Shown here one piece after another: positions 52,563 to 62,292 of a stretch of 64,000 nucleotides of DNA. Source of the DNA: Bdellovibrionales bacterium (GTDB taxonomy: Bacteria; Bdellovibrionota; Bdellovibrionia; Bdellovibrionales; JAUICD01). Position numbers and translations under genes: made by a program. The notes under the pieces are model-generated. The model worked only from the letters and a program-made list of their open reading frames with translations. It searched no databases and was not told where the DNA came from. The stretch lies in NCBI GenBank assembly GCA_965203275.1, contig OZ241865.1, positions 1,120,001-1,184,000 of the forward strand. The letters run 5' to 3'. Every line of letters begins with the position of its first letter. Position 1 is the stretch's first letter.

Positions 52563-52753
52563 CCTGACTCCAAATATATTATAACCTGCATTTTAAGAAG
52601 ATATGTTAAAATCTTATTACTATTTTTTACATTATTGATACCATAATGTTTTTTCATTTGTCACCTACCACACATACCTAAATGATCGAGTGACTTTATA
52701 AAACCATGCCCATCCACTTAAAATAGCATGAATCACTTGAAAAGAAACAATAT

Positions 52754-53578
52754 TTAAACAATCTTTTTATTCCAAATAAGAATAATATTTTCTTTCTCTG
52801 ACGGCATTTTAAGAAAATCATTATTTTTTATTGTCACCAATATATTTTGAGGATTGTTGATGGTTGTGGTACAAGGGCAGGTCTGTCCATTGAAAGAAAG
52901 CTCTGTTTGAAAAGTACCCTTTAAAGCAACTTCTGTCTGTGGTTGAAAAGTAAACTGACGTACATTGTTTTGCTTATGCCTTTGATCTGGCTGTAAACAT
53001 CCTCGAATATAAAAGCTTCTTCCTAGAAGCTTTGCTACTTGTGATACATTACCTTTTGAAAGAAGCTTTCGAATATAAGTGCTAGAAACAATGTGTTTAT
53101 TTAAAATGACAGGTGGAATAACTGTAAGCTTTATATTGTTGTGCTTTGCCATAATTTTAAGTTGTTTTAAAGTTCCAGCTCGATCTGCTCCAAAAGAAAA
53201 ATCATACCCTACAACCAGATGGCATGGAGTAAAAGGCTTGCAGATCCATTTTTCAAAAAACTCTGGATATGAAATATTTGCAACTTTCTTTGAAAAAGGT
53301 TCAATAATTAAGTAATCTATCCCTCTTTTTTGAAAAATATTTTTTTTATCTTGCCGATCAAATAGAGGTAAAAAAGGCAACGGCTTAGAGGACAAAACTT
53401 GTCTGGGATGTGGATCAAAGGTCATAACAACAGAAGGGGCTTGAAGTTTTTGAGCAATATGTACAAGATGGTCAAGTAGTTTTTGATGCCCTAAGTGAAT
53501 GCCATCAAAGTTGCCAATAGTCATTACTGATTGAGACAAAGGGTTTGACAAGCTTTGAATACCATCAAATATTTTCAT
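52754..53578 (-). CDS. ribF: RibF-like FAD synthetase with a degenerate riboflavin kinase domain
   Basis: IGNFDGIHLGHQ, TFDPHP, VGYDFSFG and VSSTYIR motifs; no PTAN motif in the short C-terminal domain. Confidence 0.8.
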   Translation of the reverse strand: MKIFDGIQSLSNPLSQSVMTIGNFDGIHLGHQKLLDHLVHIAQKLQAPSVVMTFDPHPRQVLSSKPLPFLPLFDRQDKKNIFQKRGIDYLIIEPFSKKVANISYPEFFEKWICKPFTPCHLVVGYDFSFGADRAGTLKQLKIMAKHNNIKLTVIPPVILNKHIVSSTYIRKLLSKGNVSQVAKLLGRSFYIRGCLQPDQRHKQNNVRQFTFQPQTEVALKGTFQTELSFNGQTCPCTTTINNPQNILVTIKNNDFLKMPSEKENIILIWNKKIV

Positions 53579-53665
53579 TACAACACTGACCTTTTATAAA
53601 GCATTTACAAGAAAGGTATTATAAAACCTTATAAACCTCAATGATTTATTGTCGATTTAATAAAC

Positions 53666-54634
53666 CTAAAGCCCTCGAATGTTGGGTACTTGACTAGGAT
53701 TGCCCGTGATACGGAATGCATACGTACCTGCCTTTTTATGTTCCCCTAAGCTTAATACATCTATCAAAGCCTTAAATTGTGCTTCTATGTTTGGCTTTAA
53801 TGTCAAGCGACAGGCTAAGTTATAATCTCCAGGTAATATTTGTGGACTCCCTCTGCCTCTACGAAATTGCAGATTCAAATATCCACTAATTTGTCCTACC
53901 AAATCATCTCCTGCCCTACCTATTTCTAATGTTTCAAATTGTAGTTGTCCTTCTTTTAAATGGGTTTGAATTAAAATTTCTTTAAGAGATAAATTCGGTA
54001 ATGGAAAAGGTCCAATAGGGGTTGGAATAGATAAAGCATTCAATTGAAAGTTTTGAGTTTGTGTTCTAAGCCTAAAATCAGGTTGATCTTCATAAGTTAA
54101 GTCAATCTGCCCTTGCCCTTGAAGATAAATAACTCCCTTAATATTTAATTGCATTTGCATAACTTCTAAAAGCTTCTGAATAGAAATATCTTGTGTTCGA
54201 ACTTTGGCCTCTAGTTTAGATATACCCTCTTCATTTTGCTCTAATACATTCACCAAAACACTTAAATTGCCATTCATTGCTCCTTTAAGTTGAGCTTCCA
54301 TCCCCATGCGTCCCATCAAAAGAGAAGAAAAAATCGGCATTAAAACCATCTCTTCAACCTCTAAGCTTGATATTTGAGGTGTGTTGATCATGACTTCGGA
54401 CATCTGAAAACCAGGTGAAGGAAGTAACTTTAACATAAGGTCTTCAAATTGCAAAATCACTTGATTTCTGGTGTTTTTAGCTATGGTATCAGAAATAAAC
54501 AAAGATAAATCAGAAAAAGGGAAAAGCAATATAGAAAAAAGCATCATACTGATCAATGTGACAAATATTTTAAGTTTATGGTATCTTAATACATTCAAGA
54601 TGGGGCTAGTGAATGTTTTAATGTTCATGATCAA
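53666..54634 (-). CDS. gspN: Type II secretion system protein GspN-like
   Basis: N-terminal TM ending LFP, beta-rich body; third gene of the L-M-N run. Confidence 0.65.
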   Translation of the reverse strand: MIMNIKTFTSPILNVLRYHKLKIFVTLISMMLFSILLFPFSDLSLFISDTIAKNTRNQVILQFEDLMLKLLPSPGFQMSEVMINTPQISSLEVEEMVLMPIFSSLLMGRMGMEAQLKGAMNGNLSVLVNVLEQNEEGISKLEAKVRTQDISIQKLLEVMQMQLNIKGVIYLQGQGQIDLTYEDQPDFRLRTQTQNFQLNALSIPTPIGPFPLPNLSLKEILIQTHLKEGQLQFETLEIGRAGDDLVGQISGYLNLQFRRGRGSPQILPGDYNLACRLTLKPNIEAQFKALIDVLSLGEHKKAGTYAFRITGNPSQVPNIRGL

Positions 54635-54639
54635 ACCTC

Positions 54640-55323
54640 TTAGCCGTCATTTTTTGAATCAGCTGTATCATTTTCGTTATTAATAGTTTGGGGATAAAAC
54701 CCTACAATAGTATACATCACGTCATAATAATTTTCGTTTTCTTCACTTGCTTTCATATCTAAGCCAATTAATTTGACAGCTGTGTGAATTGTTTGCAGAC
54801 GAAACCCTATATCTGCTACTTGTGTTAAATTTAAGGATCTTAAAGAAAGCCATACTCCTTTTTGATCTACAGAATTAGGACCTTTTGATTTGCCTGGTGG
54901 TTGAATCAATGCAGAAGGGTCCAAATCTCGCGTAGATACATCTTCAATTTGTTTAGGGTCTAAGTAAAAAGACTCTAAAATACTATGAACCCTTTGTTCT
55001 AAAATAGCAGGACTTGGAGGTGATGCAATACGTGGAGCAAGAGCTATATTCCTTTTAAGTTTAATAATATCTTTAATAGCATTTTGATATTCTTGAAACT
55101 CTGCTAACTTTACAGAAGACTCAGCAAACATCCCCCACATGCTCCAAAGCATAAATCCAATACTTCCAAAGATAGCACCCATCCTCAAAAGCCTTTGAGA
55201 AGATGGTTTCATATTATCGTACTTTTCTTTCAAAGAGATAAAGGCAGAAGATTCTTGCACTTTAAGCCATATCTCTTTCAATCTATCTTGTAGTTGTTCT
55301 TTAAGATCATTTAACCTTGACAT
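54640..55323 (-). CDS. Type II secretion system GspM-like protein
   Basis: Single TM, coiled coil and ferredoxin-like C-terminus; position in the cluster. Confidence 0.55.
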   Translation of the reverse strand: MSRLNDLKEQLQDRLKEIWLKVQESSAFISLKEKYDNMKPSSQRLLRMGAIFGSIGFMLWSMWGMFAESSVKLAEFQEYQNAIKDIIKLKRNIALAPRIASPPSPAILEQRVHSILESFYLDPKQIEDVSTRDLDPSALIQPPGKSKGPNSVDQKGVWLSLRSLNLTQVADIGFRLQTIHTAVKLIGLDMKASEENENYYDVMYTIVGFYPQTINNENDTADSKNDG

Positions 55324-55332
55324 ATTATACTC

Positions 55333-57003
55333 CTATTCTGCGTGTTTAATAGTAAATTGATAAGCAAAAGATAATTTTTTAGGTGCTGTAGGGTCTTTTG
55401 AAACCGAAGTAAAGGTCGGTGTTAATGTTTGCACTTTCCCATTTCGTGCTATACCTTTTAAAGTCGATTGAATAAGAGCCTTTTGATTAGGGTGAGTTGT
55501 TTCACCTTCAATCTGAACATGATTATTTCGAATTAAAAGCCTTTTAACTTCTATCGTTTGATTTTTGTTGTTCATAAATTGACTACTGATCAAAGACAGA
55601 CTATCAAGGGCAGAAGGGATTTTTATAATTTCTGATAGATCTTGTTTGTTTTTAATATCTCTACGTTTTGTACGAATAAATTTTTGAATGCGTGGCAAAG
55701 AAACTCTCTTTAAATTAATCCCTGGAGCTTTTGATTGAGTAGATAAAGCATCATAACCTGCGTCCACTAAACTATCTGCTAAATTACTTCTGACCATTGT
55801 GTATATAAAGAAAGCAACAATACAAGCTGCTACTACTTTTATAGAGTGATTATAAGTTTTCCAAAATTTTTTTAAAGATTTATCTTGAAATGCAAATTCG
55901 TTCTTTCTAAAGTTTACAGGAGGATTCTTAGGTTGACGTAGACCTTCAATAGCCATGCCTATAGCCATACCCGATGTTCTTTCAGGTAGCTTCACTGATG
56001 TTTGATGATAGCGACAGTGATTTAAGAGTTCACAGGTTGTTCCTAATTGTTGTGACAAATAACCATCTATACTTGTCAACCCGCTCACTCCTCCTAAAAG
56101 CTTAATATGAGAAAATTGCAGTTTTTGCTTGCTAGATAAAGACAAAAGCATACGTTTGAGCAGAGAGATGAGATGATTTAAGCTTTCTTTAATAGTGTTA
56201 GAAAAAATAATTTGATCTTCAGAAGCGTCATTTTCAAGTTCTGGCAATAGTACAAAGCCTTTTTCTCTGAGTATTTGCATGGCTTCAGTCTCTGAAATTT
56301 CATATCTTTTCATAAGGTTTTTTATGATATTTAAGCCTCCAAAATATAGACTGTATGTTTGAATTAAATGTTTATCAATGTAAGTAGAAAAAAGCGTTCT
56401 TTGATGTCCAATCTCTAAGATTCCGTGTGCATTTCTTAGGTTAAAAGTATTTAATTCATCTTCGTCCTTAGCATAGATAGATGTAGGTAGTGACATGGGA
56501 GGTTCATTCCATATAGAAACTAAATTTGCAGTGGCTACGCCTTGGGCTGTTACCATTTTGGGATTGATCCCTGCATCAGTTGCTAAAGATAAAATTTCTT
56601 TAATATGTTGTTGAGGGCATATAAAGGCTAAAACTTCTGTAATCTGTCCAATAGTGGCAACCAACTTTGCTTCATAAATAGCATCATTATGATCAAAAGG
56701 AACTTCATCTACTAACTGAAATGGAAGGCTTTTGACAATTTTGTGTCTTTCTTTAAAAGGGAAAGCTTTATATCTGACACTTACAAACTCTTGTTTAACT
56801 GCAAAGACAAAAGAGGCTTTCCTGCCTTGATAGTGATGAGCTATTTTCCTTAAAGCGTCAATGATTAGGACTCTTGTATCAGCACTGAGGTCTTGGGTGA
56901 GTGGTATTTCGAGATAATCTACAACCCTATAGCTATGAGTTGTGGCTTCGACCTCAGCTACTTTAATAGAATAAGAACCAATATCAACAGCAACACTTCT
57001 CAT
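55333..57003 (-). CDS. GspL / PilM-like actin-fold protein with C-terminal PilN-like region
   Basis: VAVDIGSYSIKVAE, EIGH, FGG, LLGGVS and VNFRK motifs plus a TM helix. Confidence 0.8.
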   Translation of the reverse strand: MRSVAVDIGSYSIKVAEVEATTHSYRVVDYLEIPLTQDLSADTRVLIIDALRKIAHHYQGRKASFVFAVKQEFVSVRYKAFPFKERHKIVKSLPFQLVDEVPFDHNDAIYEAKLVATIGQITEVLAFICPQQHIKEILSLATDAGINPKMVTAQGVATANLVSIWNEPPMSLPTSIYAKDEDELNTFNLRNAHGILEIGHQRTLFSTYIDKHLIQTYSLYFGGLNIIKNLMKRYEISETEAMQILREKGFVLLPELENDASEDQIIFSNTIKESLNHLISLLKRMLLSLSSKQKLQFSHIKLLGGVSGLTSIDGYLSQQLGTTCELLNHCRYHQTSVKLPERTSGMAIGMAIEGLRQPKNPPVNFRKNEFAFQDKSLKKFWKTYNHSIKVVAACIVAFFIYTMVRSNLADSLVDAGYDALSTQSKAPGINLKRVSLPRIQKFIRTKRRDIKNKQDLSEIIKIPSALDSLSLISSQFMNNKNQTIEVKRLLIRNNHVQIEGETTHPNQKALIQSTLKGIARNGKVQTLTPTFTSVSKDPTAPKKLSFAYQFTIKHAE

Positions 57004-57138
57004 ATTTTGACCATCCTCTTGATTATTTTAGCATTTTTTATTGTTATGTCTAGTATATCTTATTTTTTTGTTATTTTAAGCATATTAATATTTTAGTGCC
57101 TGTTTTCTGTATTGCCAGAATACCTTTTTCTTTAAAAT

Positions 57139-57224
57139 TTCACTCAAAATGCATCATGCCTCTGGCATGTTTTTGGGCGTTTGTCTCACTAAAAATAAAC
57201 CAGCCTCTGACCACTTTGAGTGAA
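57139..57224 (-). repeat. Partial copy of the structured repeat
   Basis: TTCACTCAAAATGCATCATGCCTCTGGCATG..., as at 15716 and 17058. Confidence 0.8.
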
Positions 57225-57355
57225 TAAGGTAGGCTTTGACCTTGTCTCTTGAGTTTGTAAGCCAATAGTTTGCCTTGACGTTGATACTCTATAATAAGCT
57301 ACATATTGTTTGATATTTTCCATCAAGTATATTTTTGATTTTTAACAATTGAATA

Positions 57356-58564
57356 TCAAGGTTTAGATTTCATAAAGTCTTTAAGTTTTTGTATTGGTAG
57401 TTCTATTATTGTCTTTATCTCATCCCCTTTGTCTTTGAGGGGTCCATCCTCCGTAATGAAGGCTTTTGAATAAACACATAATGGCAAAAATAAGTCATCA
57501 TTCCTTTGATTCTCTTTACTGTGAATAAAACTGCCATGGCTTACTTTATCTATATGCTCTTGTTTGAGATCATTATAATATCTTATAGATGCATACGTTT
57601 TTAAAAATGGATATTTAAATTCTTTTCTAATATCTCTGTCAAATTGTTCTTTTAGAGCGTCAATTTTTTGTTGAGAAAGACCATGAAATTCTTTATCCTG
57701 CCCTCCGATTTCTTTTTTTATATATTGTACCTTTTTTGATATATCACTTAATTTTTTTTGTGTCATGGTTGTTTTAAGTAGTTTTTCCATTTCTTCTATC
57801 GTAAGATTTGTGTTGAGCAAATCATCTTCTTTATTTTCTATAAGAGTTAATTGTATTAATTTTTTATATATAATCCATTCTAAATATACAAAATGAAAAT
57901 GAAAGTATTTGGCTTTGAGATGGTTATATCCATTTTCTTTAAAATCTTTGTATATTTCATCGTTTTTTTCTCTCTGTTTTTTTGTTTTAGAATATAACTT
58001 GTCTATATTCTCTTTTTTTTCTTCAGGAGAAACACCAAAGATATCTAGTATATCCTTAGAAGAGAACTTTGGATTTATTTTATTATCCAATTCAATTAAG
58101 CTTTCCCTAGAACGTTTTAGATCTTTTAAAAAAATATTCATGACATAATCTGAATAGACTGGAATGCTTTCTATAATCCCATCACCATCAATTTCTTTTT
58201 TTATAAAAAAGCGATTATCTGGTAAGAATTTTAATTGTATTTTTTCCATCATTTCTTTGATAATCTCTAATCTTTCTATGCTTGATTCTTCCTTCTTGCA
58301 TTTCAGGCCTGCTATTTCTGATAACACCTGATAGGCTATAAAGACTATACCACTGCTTTCTTTTACTTTCTTACAAAAAGGGTCCATTTGTTTTTGATCT
58401 TTTTGAAATACATTTATTATATTGGTATCTATTAAAATCATCTTTGAATTGCCCTCTTGATCTCTAAAATTTATATTCATTTTCCACTTCCTTTCTTTGT
58501 TAATTAATTGATTAAATAACTCTTTTAAAAGAAGATACAAACGAAGAAAGTTTAATTTTTTCAT
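57356..58564 (-). CDS. PIN-domain-like hypothetical protein (start possibly 58480)
   Basis: ILIDTNI, VLSEI and C-terminal NDDL..AFITED acidic motifs fit a PIN fold with a large helical insert. Confidence 0.55.
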   Translation of the reverse strand: MKKLNFLRLYLLLKELFNQLINKERKWKMNINFRDQEGNSKMILIDTNIINVFQKDQKQMDPFCKKVKESSGIVFIAYQVLSEIAGLKCKKEESSIERLEIIKEMMEKIQLKFLPDNRFFIKKEIDGDGIIESIPVYSDYVMNIFLKDLKRSRESLIELDNKINPKFSSKDILDIFGVSPEEKKENIDKLYSKTKKQREKNDEIYKDFKENGYNHLKAKYFHFHFVYLEWIIYKKLIQLTLIENKEDDLLNTNLTIEEMEKLLKTTMTQKKLSDISKKVQYIKKEIGGQDKEFHGLSQQKIDALKEQFDRDIRKEFKYPFLKTYASIRYYNDLKQEHIDKVSHGSFIHSKENQRNDDLFLPLCVYSKAFITEDGPLKDKGDEIKTIIELPIQKLKDFMKSKP

Positions 58565-58651
58565 ATCTTTCTATTAATATATCAGAGACTAGAATACCTA
58601 ATAAAATTTTTAGAAAATCACTATTCCAATTGTTTCTTAACACAACATATC

Positions 58652-58786
58652 AAAAGACAAAAGAGACCACAAGTGGCCTCTTTTGTCTAAATACATAGAA
58701 AAGATTTAGTGTCGTATCTACAGAAATTAATACATACCAACAGTAGAAATTAAATATAGTATCTCATCTTATTCGGATAAAATTAA
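58652..58786 (-). ncRNA. Second crRNA-like module (interrupted Cas12a-type handle) with promoter and terminator
   Basis: Promoter region homologous to 48340-48394; AATTTCTACTGTTG + 16 nt + GTAGAT; terminator GACAAAAGAGGCCAC-TT-GTGGTCTCTTTTGTC. Confidence 0.55.
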
Positions 58787-59046
58787 TCCTTAGGTTTCTT
58801 ATCCTGTTTGGTTAATTGATTCGATAGATGTTGTGCGAATAAGGTTACTATCTCTTTATAGTTTTTATTGTTTTCCTCTGACAATTTATCCACTTTATTC
58901 TCAATCTTACTGATTTTATTCTCAAGCTTACTGATTTGTGTCGGTAAATGATTAGATACTTGATAAATTAAATAAATAACTAAAGGAAAAATTATCGTGG
59001 AGCTATGTTCTAAAAACAAAGTATATAAGAGACTTGCTGTTGTCAT
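58783..59046 (-). CDS. Small TM plus coiled-coil protein (NHLPTQI family)
   Basis: RBS AAGGAGG; TM helix; NHLPTQISKLENKISKIENK. Confidence 0.75.
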   Translation of the reverse strand: MTTASLLYTLFLEHSSTIIFPLVIYLIYQVSNHLPTQISKLENKISKIENKVDKLSEENNKNYKEIVTLFAQHLSNQLTKQDKKPKD

Positions 59047-59570
59047 TTTGTCCTCCTTATTTTATTATCCATAGTTTATTTTTTATTTATGAATTGTTTC
59101 GATGATGACTGGTCTAAAGAGCATGCCTATTTACTAGTCGGAGTCTTATATCATAAACTTTAGAAAAAAGATAGAAGTTGTTATTTAAGTGTCTCTAAAA
59201 GAGACAATAAAAAACATAAAGATTTTATAAAATCCACAATAAATCCACTTTTAAAGCTTAAACCTTGACGGGTTGCATCATTTATTGACCAAACACCACA
59301 ATCAAAATAAAATAATTCCTTTAACCAAATAGAGAGGTTGCTAAATTTTCAAAAATAGATAGATGCTGGAGCAAGATAGTAAACCCACCACTTATATTAA
59401 ATTCCATTTAAGCATCACCAAACCCTGCAAAAAGTGACTTTTGATCTCAAAATGCCTGGAATAGAATTAGGAATGTGCTACACCAAACAGTTGGAGTTAA
59501 GACTGCATCCTCGCTAGATGCTTTGTGAGGGACTCCATCCACTTTTTTATAGCTTTTCTTAAAGAAAAAA

Positions 59571-59660
59571 CAAAAGGGCCGTGAGACCCTTTTGTAAATG
59601 AAACGTTAATTAAGATTTATAAAAAGAACATAAGGGCCGTAGCAAACGGCCTTTATGCTC
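59571..59660 (-). terminator. Tandem hairpins downstream of the pilin gene
   Basis: CATAAGGGCCGT-AGCAA-ACGGCCTTTATG and CAAAAGGG..CCCTTTTG. Confidence 0.6.
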
Positions 59661-59697
59661 ATCATGCCTAAACTTTAAAATTAAAAGATTATGTTTC

Positions 59698-60390
59698 TTA
59701 CCATTGGTGTTTTTCTTTCAATTCCTTTGCTTGGTCGATGGTGATAACGCTTTCCTCTCCACCAATAAACCCATAGGCCTGGACTCTAAAATCACCGCCT
59801 GTTGTTGGAGGTGCCGGTTCCAAATCAGTATCTGTTGGAGCAGGACTAAACTCAAAGTCAGCAAGTGCAGTGGCTATATCTGGCAATGCTCCAGAATCAG
59901 TTGCTTGGTTACCTGAATAAGCATCACTGGCTATCTGAAAGTTATCACCAATGCTTCCATAATCTGTCCATACCCCTGTTCCTGTACATGAGGCTACTTG
60001 AGTTCCTTCACAATCGCTTTCAGAAGAAGTAGCACATCCAGTACCACCTAAACCAGTACACACACCTCCATTACTGGCATTGGCTTTTATGTCCTTCAAA
60101 TCACCTTCACCAGCACCGCTGTCAAAACCTAAGTTGTATCTTACAGCACCTTCTGGTCTCATTCCTGTAGCCGCTACATTGCTCATAGCAACCGGTGCAA
60201 CATTAGCCACCTTAAAGTGCTTATAATAAGCCGATGCCATCACCTTGCCTTCTGTAGCTTTGGCATCCAATTGGAATCGTCGATATTGTGGAATAGCCAC
60301 AGCGGCCAGAATTCCAATAATAGCTACGACGACCATTAATTCAATTAAACTAAAACCTTTTTGATTCTTTAAAAATATTGAGTTTTTCAT
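59698..60390 (-). CDS. pilA: Type IV pilin (PilA-like)
   Basis: [26 protein letters not shown] prepilin motif; RBS GGAGG before ATG 60390. Confidence 0.88.
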   Translation of the reverse strand: MKNSIFLKNQKGFSLIELMVVVAIIGILAAVAIPQYRRFQLDAKATEGKVMASAYYKHFKVANVAPVAMSNVAATGMRPEGAVRYNLGFDSGAGEGDLKDIKANASNGGVCTGLGGTGCATSSESDCEGTQVASCTGTGVWTDYGSIGDNFQIASDAYSGNQATDSGALPDIATALADFEFSPAPTDTDLEPAPPTTGGDFRVQAYGFIGGEESVITIDQAKELKEKHQW

Positions 60391-60565
60391 AATAACCTCC
60401 ACGGTTTAAAATAATTCAATGCAATGGACAAGCACCTTTTACTTATCCTTCTTTACTCTTTAGTTAGGCTTGTTTGTATCTCCCAGATGCTTATTCCACC
60501 TAACCTTTCCTTCCTCCTCTTTACTTAACCGGGATCCGGTAAACCGGCAGTCCGGCATCAGAAAG

Positions 60566-60716
60566 AAATTTTTCCTTAACATCGTGTTAAGAAACGAAGG
60601 GATCCTTCTACTAAAAGTGGTCAGGCTTTCTAGGTTGCCAGCATTTGAGAAGGCGATAGCCTTCGGCTGGCAACCAGAAAGTAGCCAGAGGCTAGACCAC
60701 TTTTAGTGAAACAAAC
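60566..60716 (+). repeat. Full copy of the structured repeat
   Basis: All stems present; GATA loop. Confidence 0.88.
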
Positions 60717-60740
60717 CTAAACGACCTAGTGATTTCAAGG

Positions 60741-61120
60741 ACTTAGCACTGTGACTTTTGTATAAAAGTCACAATTTGAAAGAGTAAAAAACAGGCAAAT
60801 TTTTGCAAGAAAATTGTTTTGAAAAATAAAACAAAACAAAAGTTATAAAACGCGAATTAAAAATGACTACTTATTTTTCTGATCTTATGTTTTTAAGATT
60901 AGTAAAGTGTTTCAAGATGATACAAAAATTCAAAAAAGTGATTCTTTTTGATACAAAATGTCACTTTTTTTGATTTTTTTTAACAAAAATATAAAGTTTT
61001 ATGTCATAATAAACGATAAGAATTGTGTTAGACGAAAAATTAGAAATTTCTAAAGTCGACCTAAAAAAGTCTAACAATTACAAACACTTAATACTGTAAC
61101 TTTTATACAAAAGTCACAAT
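60741..61120. promoter_or_regulatory. Pair of 24-bp palindromic operator-like sites
   Basis: TGTGACTTTTGTATAAAAGTCACA (~60750) and TGTAACTTTTATACAAAAGTCACA (~61095). Confidence 0.5.
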
Positions 61121-61124
61121 ATTA

Positions 61125-61440
61125 AGTTACTAGAATCACTGGATTTCCAATTTTCAAATACCCTTTTCCCCATCTTTTAGAAAATACAGAGAAATGAACT
61201 TCTTGTTTCCTTAACATGGTGTTAAGAGACAAGGAGATCCTTTCTACTAAAAGTAAACGGACTTTTGAGGTGATGACCATTTTATCGATGGCGAAAGCCA
61301 TCGTGGTCATCACCCAAAAGTAGCCAGAGGCTAGTTTACTTTTAGTGAAACAAGACTTATTGGAATCACTGGATTTCCAATTTTCAAACCTAATTCCTCC
61401 CATTTTTTAGAAAAATATACAGAGAAACAAATATCTTGTT
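61125..61440 (+). repeat. Structured repeat copy with duplicated AT-rich flank
   Basis: Unit at ~61200-61350; GAATCACTGGATTTCCAATTTTCAAA occurs twice. Confidence 0.85.
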
Positions 61441-62280
61441 TCCTTAATATCTCACTCAAAATGAGCCACACCTCTGGTGTGTTTTTGGGCATTGCTCTGA
61501 CAGCTATCGCTGTCTAAAAAGAGCAATGCCTCAAAAATCCGCTCATTTTGAGTAGAGCGGATCTCCTTGCTTCTGACACCATGTTAAGGAAACAAGGTAT
61601 GCTTTTAAAATGTTTTTAAGGAGCATGCGAGTTGCGATAAAGGAACTTTTTCCTTAACATTTCACTCAAAATGAGCCACACCTCTGGTGTGTTTTTGGGC
61701 ATTGCTCTGACAGCTATCGCTGTCCAAAAAGAGCAATGCCTCAAAAATCCGCTCATTTTGAGTAGAGCGGATCTCCTTGCTTCTGACACCATGTTAAGGA
61801 AACAAGGTATGCTTTTAAAATGTTTTTAGGGAGCATGCGAGTTGCGATAAAGGAACTTTTTCCTTAACATTTCACTCAAAATGAGCCACACCTCTGGTGT
61901 GTTTTTGGGCATTGCTCTGACAGCTATCGCTGTCCAAAAAGAGCAATGCCTCAAAAATCCGCTCATTTTGAGTAGAGCGGATCTCCTTGCTTCTGACACC
62001 ATGTTAAGGAAACAAGGTATGCTTTTAAAATGTTTTTAGGGAGCATGCGAGTTGCGATAAAGGAACTTTTTCCTTAACATTTCACTCAAAATGAGCCACA
62101 CCTCTGGTGTGTTTTTGGGCATTGCTCTGACAGCTATCGCTGTCCAAAAAGAGCAATGCCTCAAAAATCCGCTCATTTTGAGTAGAGCGGATCTCCTTGC
62201 TTCTGACACCATGTTAAGGAAACAAGGTATGCTTTTAAAATGTTTTTAGGGAGCATGCGAGTTGCGATAAAGGAACTTTA
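61441..62280 (-). repeat. Four near-identical 210-bp tandem repeats, each containing an inverted structured unit
   Basis: Units start at 61441, 61651, 61861 and 62071 and differ at only a few bases. Confidence 0.95.
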
Positions 62281-62292
62281 TGTTAAAAGAGG

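Noticed and set aside
59180..59200. Target of the second guide (ACGACACTAAAT) in the 59046 promoter
   Set aside because: Only ~6 contiguous matches, with PAM-proximal mismatches.
60525..60560. Cyclic-dinucleotide (GEMM) riboswitch upstream of the pilin gene
   Set aside because: Only a GCCGGACTGCCG resemblance to the 3' end; the GGCAAA/GAAA/GCAAAG core is missing.
61241..61260. TTTCTACTAAAAGT in the structured repeats as a Cas12a handle
   Set aside because: It lacks the closing GTAGAT and instead pairs as stem P1.
61441..62280. CRISPR array
   Set aside because: The 210-bp units are near-identical throughout; there are no unique spacers.
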